DNA of 64,000 nt from Acidobacteriota bacterium (GTDB taxonomy: Bacteria; Acidobacteriota; JAAYUB01). This document shows positions 1 to 8,318 of the stretch, piece after piece. The translations under genes were made by a program, and so were the position numbers. Where the stretch lies: contig JAAYUB010000026.1 of the NCBI GenBank assembly GCA_012517875.1, forward strand, positions 1,134 to 65,133, in the 5' to 3' direction. The notes under the pieces were generated by a model, which had not been told where the DNA came from, ran no database searches, and worked only from the letters and a program-made list of their open reading frames with translations. Position 1 is the first letter of the stretch; every line of letters begins with the position of its first letter.

Positions 1-837
1 GAGCTTGGCAGTCAGTGCAAAACCGGTGAAGATGGCGGCTAAGGTCAACCAGCCTTCTGTACCAAACCGGCGCCACCTGAACAAGCACAAGATCGCCGCA
101 AACAGAAACAGCGTCACACCCAGATCGGTATAGGCCGAGGACATCTCCCACATCACCACAGGCAGCACCAGCCAAAAAGCCGCGAACAGCCAGGTGCCTC
201 CGGGTTCGAGCCGCTCCTCCACAAACACGCCGGGCAGCAGCGCGATCAGGGCACCCAGGCAGAAATGCAGCAGCTTCGCGCCGATTTCTCCGCCCGCCAA
301 CCCCGCCGCGCCGAAGAGCGCGGCAATGGCGTTGGGAATGTACGCGTTCCAGTTGCTGGGTTCCACCGGCAACACCCCGGTGGCGGCCAGCTCGCGGGCC
401 AGCCAGAGATGAGTGCGCAAGGCGTCGAAATTGAGTTCCGGCACAAAGCACAGCAGGAACGGCGCACCGAGCAGCACCAGGGCCAGCGCCGGCCAGCGGC
501 CGTGATCGCACAGGCATGCCCACACCGGCCGGCCCGGCTGACCGCGCTGCCCCCACCACCAGAACCCGACGGCCAGCGCCGCGACCACCGGCAGCCGCAC
601 CAGGCCCACCAGTGACAGGCCGTAGAACAGTTGGGCCATGGCGCCCAGTCCCAAGGCAGTCTGGAACGCGAACGTGAAGGCGCTGTGACGCCGGGGATGC
701 TCCTCGACCGGCAGGATGAACCCTTCAATCCGGGCACCCAAGCCGCGGCAGCCCGCCACCAGGACGGCGACCCAGGCCAGGGCGAACCCGGACTGGATAA
801 CGGCTGGCAGAGCATTGAGCCAAGGCAGTGGAGTCAT
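1..837 (-). CDS. Integral membrane protein, N-terminal part; gene continues past the window start
   Basis: Minus-strand frame with ATG at 837..835 reads MTPLPWLNALPAVIQSGFALAWVAVLVAGC..., with many hydrophobic stretches and high GC3. Open to coordinate 1, so it is absent from the ORF track. The listed ORFs 246..815(-) and 265..615(+) are off-frame. Confidence 0.5.
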   Translation of the reverse strand, partial: MTPLPWLNALPAVIQSGFALAWVAVLVAGCRGLGARIEGFILPVEEHPRRHSAFTFAFQTALGLGAMAQLFYGLSLVGLVRLPVVAALAVGFWWWGQRGQPGRPVWACLCDHGRWPALALVLLGAPFLLCFVPELNFDALRTHLWLARELAATGVLPVEPSNWNAYIPNAIAALFGAAGLAGGEIGAKLLHFCLGALIALLPGVFVEERLEPGGTWLFAAFWLVLPVVMWEMSSAYTDLGVTLFLFAAILCLFRWRRFGTEGWLTLAAIFTGFALTAKL

Positions 838-960
838 CTCCCGGTCCCCGCAGAATCAAGTCTCCGGCGATCGACCCGGCCTGCGCCGCTGGCGGCAACA
901 TCTGTCCTGCTGTCGACCGGTCCAGCGCCCCCCCGCTGTCCGGTTGCCCGTCCGCGTCAC

Positions 961-2316
961 TCAGCGGCGGGCCTTTTCGTCCATGATCTCGATGATCTTC
1001 CGATCCACGGCCCGCATGGATCGGCTCAGTTCCGCCAGGTTACGGATGGTGGCTTCGGGTGTCAGCGCGACGATGCCGTCATCCGCCGACACCTCCATCT
1101 GTTTCATGGCCATCTGGGCCGCGCGGGTGGCCATATCCGCCGAGGAACTGACTTTCAGCGCGCAGCCCGGCTTGGCGCCGTCGCAGATCATCCCGGAGAG
1201 CGTGGCCGCCATGATCTTGACCGCCCGTCCGATGTCCGTGACATCCCCGCCCATCGCGTAGGTGATGCCGCAGGCTGCCCCGATCCCGGCCTTGATGGCC
1301 ACGCCGCAGAGCGCGGACAGGTAACCCACGTGCAGGGTGATGTGCATGGTGACCAGGTGGGCCAGCGCCACCGCCTGAACCAGCCGGTCCTCCGGCAGGC
1401 CCGCACTGCGGGACCAAGCCACCACCGGGATTGTCGCGATGATTCCCTGGTTGCCGGATCCCGCGGAACTCATCACCTCCAACGGGAAGCCGGACATGCG
1501 GGCATCACTGCCCGCCGCCGCGACGCTGGAGACGTGATGGGGCAAGTCGACGTGGTCGTCGGTGTCGCCGCCGGCGCCATGAAATCCCGCGCCCAGGCCC
1601 AACGGTTCGATCAACCCGGCCTCGCAGACACGCATGTTCAGCGCGATGGTCCGGCGGATCAGCTCCACAACCGGATTTGGCAGATCAGCCACCAAGGCGA
1701 CCATCTCGCTGAACTGCATCTGGCGCAACGTTTCCAGGTCCGCGTCGGCCGATCGGTTCCCGGTGGCCTCGGGCTGATCGCGATAGGTTTCCCGGCCACC
1801 GGCAAGCAGGCGCACGATGTGCGTGTGTCGGTCCTGGATGCTGCAGCCGCCGGCAAGAATATCCGGTCCCCGCTGAAAGCGGACTTCCGCCTCGATGTAC
1901 AAGTCGACCGGCGGCAGGTTTTCGTCGACAGTCACCGAGACGCGGCCTTGGTCGATGAGCCACCGGGCCTGGCCGACCGTGGCGTCGTCCACCTGGTTGA
2001 ACAGTTCCAGTTCCAGCAGCGGATTGCAGAAGGCGCCCAGCGCCGCCGAGATGTAGATGCCCTTCAATCCCGGAGCATTGGGGATCGGAATAGCATATGC
2101 GTTCTTGTAGATGCACGGGGTGACCCGCACCGTGATATCCCGGATGTCTGCGGCCCTCAATCCGGACACCGGCAGGTCACGTTGCCCCACCACCCAGCCG
2201 CCGGCGGCCTGGACGGCCGAGCCGACCGCCAAGGCCACCGCCACCGGTTCCGTGCAACCGAGAGCCGGTTTCAGAATGGCATGAAACAGTTTTTCCAAAT
2301 TGATCGGTCCGCTCAT
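961..2316 (-). CDS. UPF0597/YhaM-family serine dehydratase-like protein (L-cysteine desulfidase family)
   Basis: Internal start MSGPINLEKLF... within ORF 961..2472. Motifs PALGCTEPVAVALA, SDARMSGFPLEVMSSAGSGNQGIIATIPVV, MICDGAKPGCALKVSSSADMA and the C-terminal RKIIEIMDEKARR match E. coli YhaM along its length, recalled from memory. About 452 aa. Confidence 0.8.
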   Translation of the reverse strand: MSGPINLEKLFHAILKPALGCTEPVAVALAVGSAVQAAGGWVVGQRDLPVSGLRAADIRDITVRVTPCIYKNAYAIPIPNAPGLKGIYISAALGAFCNPLLELELFNQVDDATVGQARWLIDQGRVSVTVDENLPPVDLYIEAEVRFQRGPDILAGGCSIQDRHTHIVRLLAGGRETYRDQPEATGNRSADADLETLRQMQFSEMVALVADLPNPVVELIRRTIALNMRVCEAGLIEPLGLGAGFHGAGGDTDDHVDLPHHVSSVAAAGSDARMSGFPLEVMSSAGSGNQGIIATIPVVAWSRSAGLPEDRLVQAVALAHLVTMHITLHVGYLSALCGVAIKAGIGAACGITYAMGGDVTDIGRAVKIMAATLSGMICDGAKPGCALKVSSSADMATRAAQMAMKQMEVSADDGIVALTPEATIRNLAELSRSMRAVDRKIIEIMDEKARR

Positions 2317-2470
2317 CCGGGCCTCGTGCTGACGATATCGATCATTGCGTCCAAGAGTCGTTATTGTACCGGCATGCCCCCCGGGCAGCAACCATTTCTT
2401 CCGGGCCGGGGCGAGCAGCCGGACCGCCGTCTCTTGGCGGGTGAATCCGGTTCGGCTATAATCCAATTCC

Positions 2471-3553
2471 ATGGACCCTGCCGTTTTCTGTGACCTCGGA
2501 CTGATGGTGACGCCGCGCGCGTCCCGCGTTCTGCTTCAATCCGGGACCAGCGCCGGCATCGAACTGCGTCTCACCGGTTACGCCGAGCGACTATCCGAAC
2601 TGCTCCGAACCTGCTGCGAGGAACGAGTGCCGCCCCATCTGGGCGGCATGCTCCCACTGGCGGTGGAGCATGTGGATGCCATCCGGCTTCTGGCGGGGGC
2701 GGACATCCCCATCTGGGCCGACCGCGAATTCCAGCTGCAGCTGGAGCGGCTGTTTCCCGGCACCGATCTGCCGCTGCGTACCGCAGCGCATCCACCGGCC
2801 GCGACATTCCCCGTCAATCCCTGGACTCTCGTCCGGGATCCGGTGTGGCGGCTGCTGGTGGAACTGGCCATCCCGCTTCCCCGGCGGCTGATCCTGGCGG
2901 TGGAGGAACCGTGGATGTCGTTGCATCGGTCCCGCGATCAGGCCGGCGACCTGTTCAGCCATTTTTTGGACTCGGGCGGCGCCGCGGCCGACCTGGTACA
3001 TCCCGCCGTTCAGCCTTATCCGTCCTTGGCCTGGGGTCTGAGCCGGGTCTTCTCGAACAGCCTCTTCGTCGCCCCGCCGGCGGCCGCACTCATCGGACTG
3101 CAAGCCGGTCATCCCCTCCTGCATCCGGCCCAGCCGGCGCGCTGGTTCCTGGTGCACGCCGGTGTCGCGATCACCACCGTCTGGGTGCTCAAGGGATCGC
3201 AAATCCGGGCGGGGCTGGCGCACCGGACCGACCGACTGACACCCGCCAAGCTGGGCGACTATCTGATCCAGCTGGCCAGCGGCCACGATCTCAACAGCGA
3301 GGTGCGGCTCGACGGCGGGTTGTTCGCCGCTACTCGACTCCTGCCGGAAGAAGAGGGCCCCTGGCGGCCGGTGATCGTAACCGGTCCCGGTGCCGAACCG
3401 TTGGCTCTCTGCGCCGACGGTTGGCCCCCGGAGCTGTCCGGCCGGGACTGGGAGGCCGAGGGCCTGCGTCTTCTCCTGGCCCGTCCCGGCTGCCGCGCCG
3501 TGGCTCGCCCACCCGGCGCGGACACGCTCCCGCCAGACGGATCGGTCATCTGA
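2471..3553 (+). CDS. Hypothetical protein
   Basis: 360-aa ORF with coding-like GC3, divergent from the YhaM-like gene. No family recognised. Confidence 0.45.
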   Translation: MDPAVFCDLGLMVTPRASRVLLQSGTSAGIELRLTGYAERLSELLRTCCEERVPPHLGGMLPLAVEHVDAIRLLAGADIPIWADREFQLQLERLFPGTDLPLRTAAHPPAATFPVNPWTLVRDPVWRLLVELAIPLPRRLILAVEEPWMSLHRSRDQAGDLFSHFLDSGGAAADLVHPAVQPYPSLAWGLSRVFSNSLFVAPPAAALIGLQAGHPLLHPAQPARWFLVHAGVAITTVWVLKGSQIRAGLAHRTDRLTPAKLGDYLIQLASGHDLNSEVRLDGGLFAATRLLPEEEGPWRPVIVTGPGAEPLALCADGWPPELSGRDWEAEGLRLLLARPGCRAVARPPGADTLPPDGSVI

Positions 3554-3586
3554 CCCCGCTGCCACTCCTGACCAACCGACTGCAGG

Positions 3587-5068
3587 TCAGTCCGCCTTCG
3601 ACGGCGGGGGTATCTCATAATTCACGTTGACCTGAACCTTCTGATAGTCGCTGAACCGGGAGACCACCCGGACATTGACACCGGAAACCAGCAGCACCCT
3701 CGCGGCGATGTTGCCGTCGGTGAGATGCGGCAACCACACCTCGCCGGCCACCTTCCGCTGTTCCACCAGAAAGCGTGTGTTCGGCGCGACCGAGGCCAGC
3801 AGCCCCCCGCCAATCTTGAACTTGTCCGTAAGCCGCGCCTCGACCCGGGCGACCTCCCGGGCGTCCTCGTCCACCCAGATGGTCCCGGCCAGTTTGCCGA
3901 GAAGGGTCTCCGTCTGGCTGCGCGGCTTGAAATCGGCTCGCGGCTCGAAGTCGAAGGCGATGACTTCCTGGCCATGCAGCTGCTCCCGTCGGAGCGAGTG
4001 GATCTCCGCAGCCCGAAGAAAGATCAGCACCGCGTCTTCCTCAGCCGCCGATCCGCGCCGTTTGGATTTCCTGTCCGAATCTTTGATCATCTTCTCGACC
4101 TGTTCCGCGACGCGCTTGTCCTCTTTTGCCTGTTCCTTGGCTGACAAGGGCTTGCCGTTCTTGCTCACCAAGCGTTCTACAAACGCCCCGTTCACCGGCG
4201 TCACGTCGTAGGTCGTGGCTTCTGTCTTTTTGACACGACCGGATCCATCCATCTCCTGAACCGTCCGGTTCTCGCGGAACGTGTACCGCTCCCGCATACG
4301 GGCGTTCTTCTCCTGGTTGGCGGAGATCTCCCGCAGCAGCACCGCCGGATCAGGCAGCGGCCGGCCGCCGGCCTCGGCTGGAAAACGGAATGTCTCAGCG
4401 GCCAAACCTGAACCATGGCTGACGCGCGCCAGCGTCACACGGAATTCACCGGCCGGACCCTGATACGCCAGGGCGTATGGCTCCAACACACCGTCCACGC
4501 GACGGAAATCATCAAACTGCCACGACTCCGTTCCCGCATCCGTCCGGCGTTCCTGCCGAAGGAGCAGATAGTTCGCGGAATCGAACACAAGGGTGACCGT
4601 CTCCTCACCCTGCGTCAGGTCGACGGCGACCGCGGCCCGGTCCTCCACCCGAACGGTGCGTACCGTCGGCCCCAGCCGGATCCGGTGGCGGGACAGGTCC
4701 CCCAGCCGCGCGGCGGTCAGCAGCGCCCGCAGGCGCAGCGCCGCGGCGTCTCCGCCGACCAGTGTCCGGAGCCCCGCCGCATCCCGCCGCCAGGCGGACA
4801 TGCCGTTGTAGCATTCGGTAAAAGCGACCGCACCCAGCTCCACGTCCAGGCGGTACCGGTCCGGCACCGACATCCGCAACGCGAACCGACCGGTGCGCCC
4901 GTCGGGAGCGACGGCGGTACCCGACCACTCCGTCGCCCGCACGGCTTTCACGGCTTTTCCGCCGATGGCCGTCCGATACTTGTCGATGATCTTCCCGGGT
5001 GACTGGGCGCCGAGCGCGAGCGCCAGACTCCCAATGCCCAGCAAACAGGCAACCAGCAAACGTTTCAT
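3587..5068 (-). CDS. Secreted hypothetical protein (N-terminal signal peptide)
   Basis: N-terminus MKRLLVACLLGIGSLALALGAQSPG reads as a signal peptide. 493 aa, mixed charge. No family recognised. Confidence 0.55.
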   Translation of the reverse strand: MKRLLVACLLGIGSLALALGAQSPGKIIDKYRTAIGGKAVKAVRATEWSGTAVAPDGRTGRFALRMSVPDRYRLDVELGAVAFTECYNGMSAWRRDAAGLRTLVGGDAAALRLRALLTAARLGDLSRHRIRLGPTVRTVRVEDRAAVAVDLTQGEETVTLVFDSANYLLLRQERRTDAGTESWQFDDFRRVDGVLEPYALAYQGPAGEFRVTLARVSHGSGLAAETFRFPAEAGGRPLPDPAVLLREISANQEKNARMRERYTFRENRTVQEMDGSGRVKKTEATTYDVTPVNGAFVERLVSKNGKPLSAKEQAKEDKRVAEQVEKMIKDSDRKSKRRGSAAEEDAVLIFLRAAEIHSLRREQLHGQEVIAFDFEPRADFKPRSQTETLLGKLAGTIWVDEDAREVARVEARLTDKFKIGGGLLASVAPNTRFLVEQRKVAGEVWLPHLTDGNIAARVLLVSGVNVRVVSRFSDYQKVQVNVNYEIPPPSKAD

Positions 5069-5271
5069 CTTCCCTCCGGTTTCCTTTGCACGTTAGACCG
5101 GTGATTCAGATTCAGGCGTCCACCGGAAAGTTCACCGGAGCCGATTTGATCTGTCCCGGCCGGGTTTGTTAAGATGCACTGTATCGCAGGTCGCCGGCAA
5201 CCGCAAGCTTCGGGGCGGGTCCCGGGCGGCGCTCCGGCCACCGCCGAACACCGTCTACCGGGAGCGATCGC

Positions 5272-6807
5272 ATGAAGCCACGCCACGAGATCCTGATCCT
5301 GGATTTCGGTTCCCAATACACGCAGCTGATTGCCCGTCGGATCCGCGAGTGCCGTGTCTACTGCCAGATCGTACCCTTCAACGTCTCTCTAGACGCGGTT
5401 CGGCGGCGCCCGGTTAGCGGCATCGTGCTGTCAGGCGGACCCATGTCGGTGCTCCACCCGGACAGCCCCCTCTGCGATCCCGGCGTATTTGAGCTGGGCG
5501 TGCCCGTGCTGGGCATCTGTTACGGGCTCCAGCTCGCCGCCCGGTTGCTCGGCGGCGAGGTGCGGCAGGGCACCTGCCGGGAGTATGGCCGGGCCGTGAT
5601 CCGGCGGATCGGCCAGACTCCGCTGCTAGACGGAGTCCCCGATGAAACCGTCGTCTGGATGAGCCACGGCGACGATGTCCGGCGGCTGCCGCCGGGTTTC
5701 CGGGCGGTTGCGGAGTCGGACCAGACGATCGCCGCGGCTGAACATTCCGACCGGCGCTGGTACGGGTTGCAGTTCCATCCCGAGGTGGCGCATACCCGCG
5801 AGGGGACGCGGATCCTTCGGAATTTCCTGTTCACCATCTGCGGCTGCCGGCGATCCTGGTCGCTGGCCTCGTTCGCCGGAGAGCAGGTGCGCCGCATCCG
5901 GGAGCAGGTGGGCGCCGGCCAGGTGATCTGCGCCCTGAGCGGCGGTGTGGACTCCACCGTGGCGGCGACACTGGTCCACCAAGCGGTGGGTCGTCAGCAA
6001 CTGTGCCTCTTCGTGGACAACGGGTTGCTGCGGCAGGCCGAATTCACCGCCGTGCTGGAGCGCTACCGGCAACTGGAGCTCAACGTCGTGCCGGTGGATG
6101 CCGCCCGCCGCTTCCTCGCTGCGCTCGCCGGGGTGGCCGATCCGGAAGCCAAGCGGAAAATCATCGGGCAGCTGTTCATCGAGGTCTTCGAAGCGGAAGC
6201 CCGCAAATTGGGCCGGGTGGACTTCCTCGTCCAGGGCACGCTCTATCCTGACGTCATCGAGTCGGTGTCGGTTCGGGGCCCGTCCGCGGTCATCAAGAGC
6301 CACCACAACGTGGGCGGCCTGCCCGACCGGATGAATCTGAAGCTCATCGAACCGCTCCGAGAGTTGTTCAAGGACGAGGTGCGACGGCTGGGCCGCCGCC
6401 TAGGCATCCCCGACACCTTCATCCAGCGGCAGCCGTTTCCGGGACCCGGTCTGGCGGTGCGCCACCTGGGACCGGTGACTCCGGAAGGCCTGGACATCCT
6501 CCGTCGCGCCGACGGCATTGTGCTCGACGAGATCCGCGCAGCCGGTCTGTACACGAAGCTGTGGCAGTCGTTCGCCGTGTTGCTGCCTGTCCGCAGCGTC
6601 GGCGTGATGGGTGACGAGCGGACCTACGAATACACCGTGGCCGTGCGGGCGGTCAAGAGCGAGGACGGGATGACCGCCGACTGGGTCCGCCTGCCCTATG
6701 CCGTGCTGGAACGAATCTCCACCCGCATCGTCAATGAGGTCCACGGTGTCAACCGCGTGGTGTACGACATCAGCGCCAAGCCGCCCAGCACCATCGAATG
6801 GGAATGA
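5272..6807 (+). CDS. guaA: GMP synthase (glutamine-hydrolysing)
   Basis: [20 protein letters not shown] class-I glutamine amidotransferase N-terminus, [11 protein letters not shown]-pyrophosphatase P-loop, and the canonical C-terminus ...PPSTIEWE. 511 aa. Confidence 0.95.
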   Translation: MKPRHEILILDFGSQYTQLIARRIRECRVYCQIVPFNVSLDAVRRRPVSGIVLSGGPMSVLHPDSPLCDPGVFELGVPVLGICYGLQLAARLLGGEVRQGTCREYGRAVIRRIGQTPLLDGVPDETVVWMSHGDDVRRLPPGFRAVAESDQTIAAAEHSDRRWYGLQFHPEVAHTREGTRILRNFLFTICGCRRSWSLASFAGEQVRRIREQVGAGQVICALSGGVDSTVAATLVHQAVGRQQLCLFVDNGLLRQAEFTAVLERYRQLELNVVPVDAARRFLAALAGVADPEAKRKIIGQLFIEVFEAEARKLGRVDFLVQGTLYPDVIESVSVRGPSAVIKSHHNVGGLPDRMNLKLIEPLRELFKDEVRRLGRRLGIPDTFIQRQPFPGPGLAVRHLGPVTPEGLDILRRADGIVLDEIRAAGLYTKLWQSFAVLLPVRSVGVMGDERTYEYTVAVRAVKSEDGMTADWVRLPYAVLERISTRIVNEVHGVNRVVYDISAKPPSTIEWE

Positions 6808-6897
6808 TCTTGCAGCCAGCGACGCATCCGCTTGCCGGTTGTCCCGTCTCACCCGATCGAAACCGTCACTCGTTGTTTCGGCGCCAAACCCGCCGGC

Positions 6898-7272
6898 TCA
6901 ATGATCGTGACCGTGCCCGTGGTGGCCACAGGCTGTCTCACGGGTGATTGGAACCAAGCGTCCGGCGGCGAAAGCTACCAGCGCCTCCGCCACCGTGGAA
7001 TGCTCGGCCCGGAACACCTGGATGTTGGCCGACTGAAGCTTGAGGCAGGCGCCCCAGCCGATACCGCCCACCACCAGTGCCTCGACCGATTGGCCCGTCA
7101 ACGCGGCCAGCGGCTGGCACATGCCGTGGGCGTGGTGCTGATCGGCGTTGACCACCGCTTGCGTGGCGCGCGTTTCGGTATCCACAATCAGAAAGACAGG
7201 CGCAGACCCGAAGTGCGGGCACAACGGGCTGTTCAGACCTCGGTTTTCATCCACCGGGAAACAGATGTTCAT
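6898..7272 (-). CDS. NifX/NifB-type dinitrogenase FeMo-cofactor-binding domain protein (DUF134 partner)
   Basis: Internal start MNICFPVDENRGLNSPLCPHFGSAPVFLIVD...VVGGIGWGA is typical of the small NifB/NifX-like domain family. AGGAGG lies 6-8 nt upstream on the minus strand. Its ATG overlaps the TGA of the upstream gene as ATGA. Confidence 0.7.
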   Translation of the reverse strand: MNICFPVDENRGLNSPLCPHFGSAPVFLIVDTETRATQAVVNADQHHAHGMCQPLAALTGQSVEALVVGGIGWGACLKLQSANIQVFRAEHSTVAEALVAFAAGRLVPITRETACGHHGHGHDH

Positions 7273-7601
7273 GATGAGACCTCCTGATCTTCCGGATCGG
7301 ACAAGATCAAAGCACAACCCTCCATGAGCGCCCGGGCGACTTTGTACCGGGCCCGCCACACCAGCCGCTGCACCGTGCCACGCGAAACGCCCATTCGGCG
7401 CCCGGCGGCATATTGTGAGAGCCCAAGCAGATCGCACAGGCGCAACGTCTCCAGTTCGTCCTGAGCCAGATGGATGGGCTCCAGGTCACGCAGAGGAATA
7501 CGGGTGGGCTTGAAAGCGCGGCCGCCATACGGGCAGCCGCAGTGTCGGGGTTTGCAGGGACGGGGGCTCACGGGTGATCGCCTTGTTATGTGCATATGCA
7601 C
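7269..7601 (-). CDS. DUF134/UPF0251-family putative DNA-binding regulator
   Basis: Helix-turn-helix-like segment LRLCDLLGLSQYAAGRRMGVSRGTVQRLVWRARYKVARAL (sigma-70 region-4-like). Family usually paired with NifB-like domain proteins. Start is GTG at 7601 or ATG at 7595. Translationally coupled to the downstream gene. Confidence 0.7.
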   Translation of the reverse strand: MHMHITRRSPVSPRPCKPRHCGCPYGGRAFKPTRIPLRDLEPIHLAQDELETLRLCDLLGLSQYAAGRRMGVSRGTVQRLVWRARYKVARALMEGCALILSDPEDQEVSS

Positions 7602-7609
7602 ATAACAAG
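7582..7609. promoter_or_regulatory. Perfect 28-bp palindrome CTTGTTATGTGCATATGCACATAACAAG overlapping the DUF134 start codon; candidate operator
   Basis: Read directly from the sequence; the reverse complement is identical. AT-rich in a roughly 70% GC context. Confidence 0.5.
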
Positions 7610-7704
7610 AGTAGACCAGGGGCCGGCTGTTGTCAACACCTCATGTCGAGATTGATGGGTTGCCTGAAATGGCTCGCGGAACTGCCGGTCGGCCGGGGTG
7701 GCAA

Positions 7705-8163
7705 TCAGAACGCCAAGACCACGCCACCGCGTAGCGAGTTGGTCCAACCGGCGTCATCGTCGTGGACATAGGCATACTCGATCCGGCCGGCCACGTTGGG
7801 CAGGATGAATACCTTGGTCCCCACACCCAACTGGAGGTGGATGAGATTGTGGGTACCCGCCAGACCGTAGAATTTGAACCGGCCCGGCAGCGGGGCCTGC
7901 AACAGCGCGTTGAGATTGAGCCAGGTGTCGGAGTTGGGATCGTCGCTGCAGTGTTCCACCCCGCCCTCCACCATGAGATAGGGCAGGACATGCCGGCCGT
8001 AGTTGAATCCAACCAACGTGGCCGACCAGTCGCCGTAGAGGTCGGATACCCCCGCCCACACGAAGATCTCATTGTCGCGGTCTCCGAACAGAATGGACTG
8101 GGCCGGGGCGGTGCCGGCCGCGGCCGCCAGCAGCAGAATCACCAGTAATGCGCGTTGGACCAT
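7705..8163 (-). CDS. Outer-membrane beta-barrel protein (OmpW/OmpA-like small porin family)
   Basis: Signal peptide MVQRALLVILLLAAAAGTAPAQ, alternating hydrophobic beta-strand pattern, C-terminal ...GGVVLAF ending in aromatic F. Confidence 0.6.
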   Translation of the reverse strand: MVQRALLVILLLAAAAGTAPAQSILFGDRDNEIFVWAGVSDLYGDWSATLVGFNYGRHVLPYLMVEGGVEHCSDDPNSDTWLNLNALLQAPLPGRFKFYGLAGTHNLIHLQLGVGTKVFILPNVAGRIEYAYVHDDDAGWTNSLRGGVVLAF

Positions 8164-8318
8164 AGAGCCTCTCTTCGCCCGGCCGAACACTGGCTACGCC
8201 GGTTGCAGCGACGGGCACGTTATGCAAGATGGACGAATTTTATCACACTGCGCCTCGGCATCCGGGCAGTGCACTTTTCGGTTGCATCCCGTCCACCAGA
8301 CCCGCTACCATCTGACCC

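Noticed and set aside
631-2493. 620-aa ORF on the plus strand
   Set aside because: Antisense to the well-supported YhaM-family gene. The Arg/Gly/His/Pro-rich composition is typical of an off-frame high-GC read-through.
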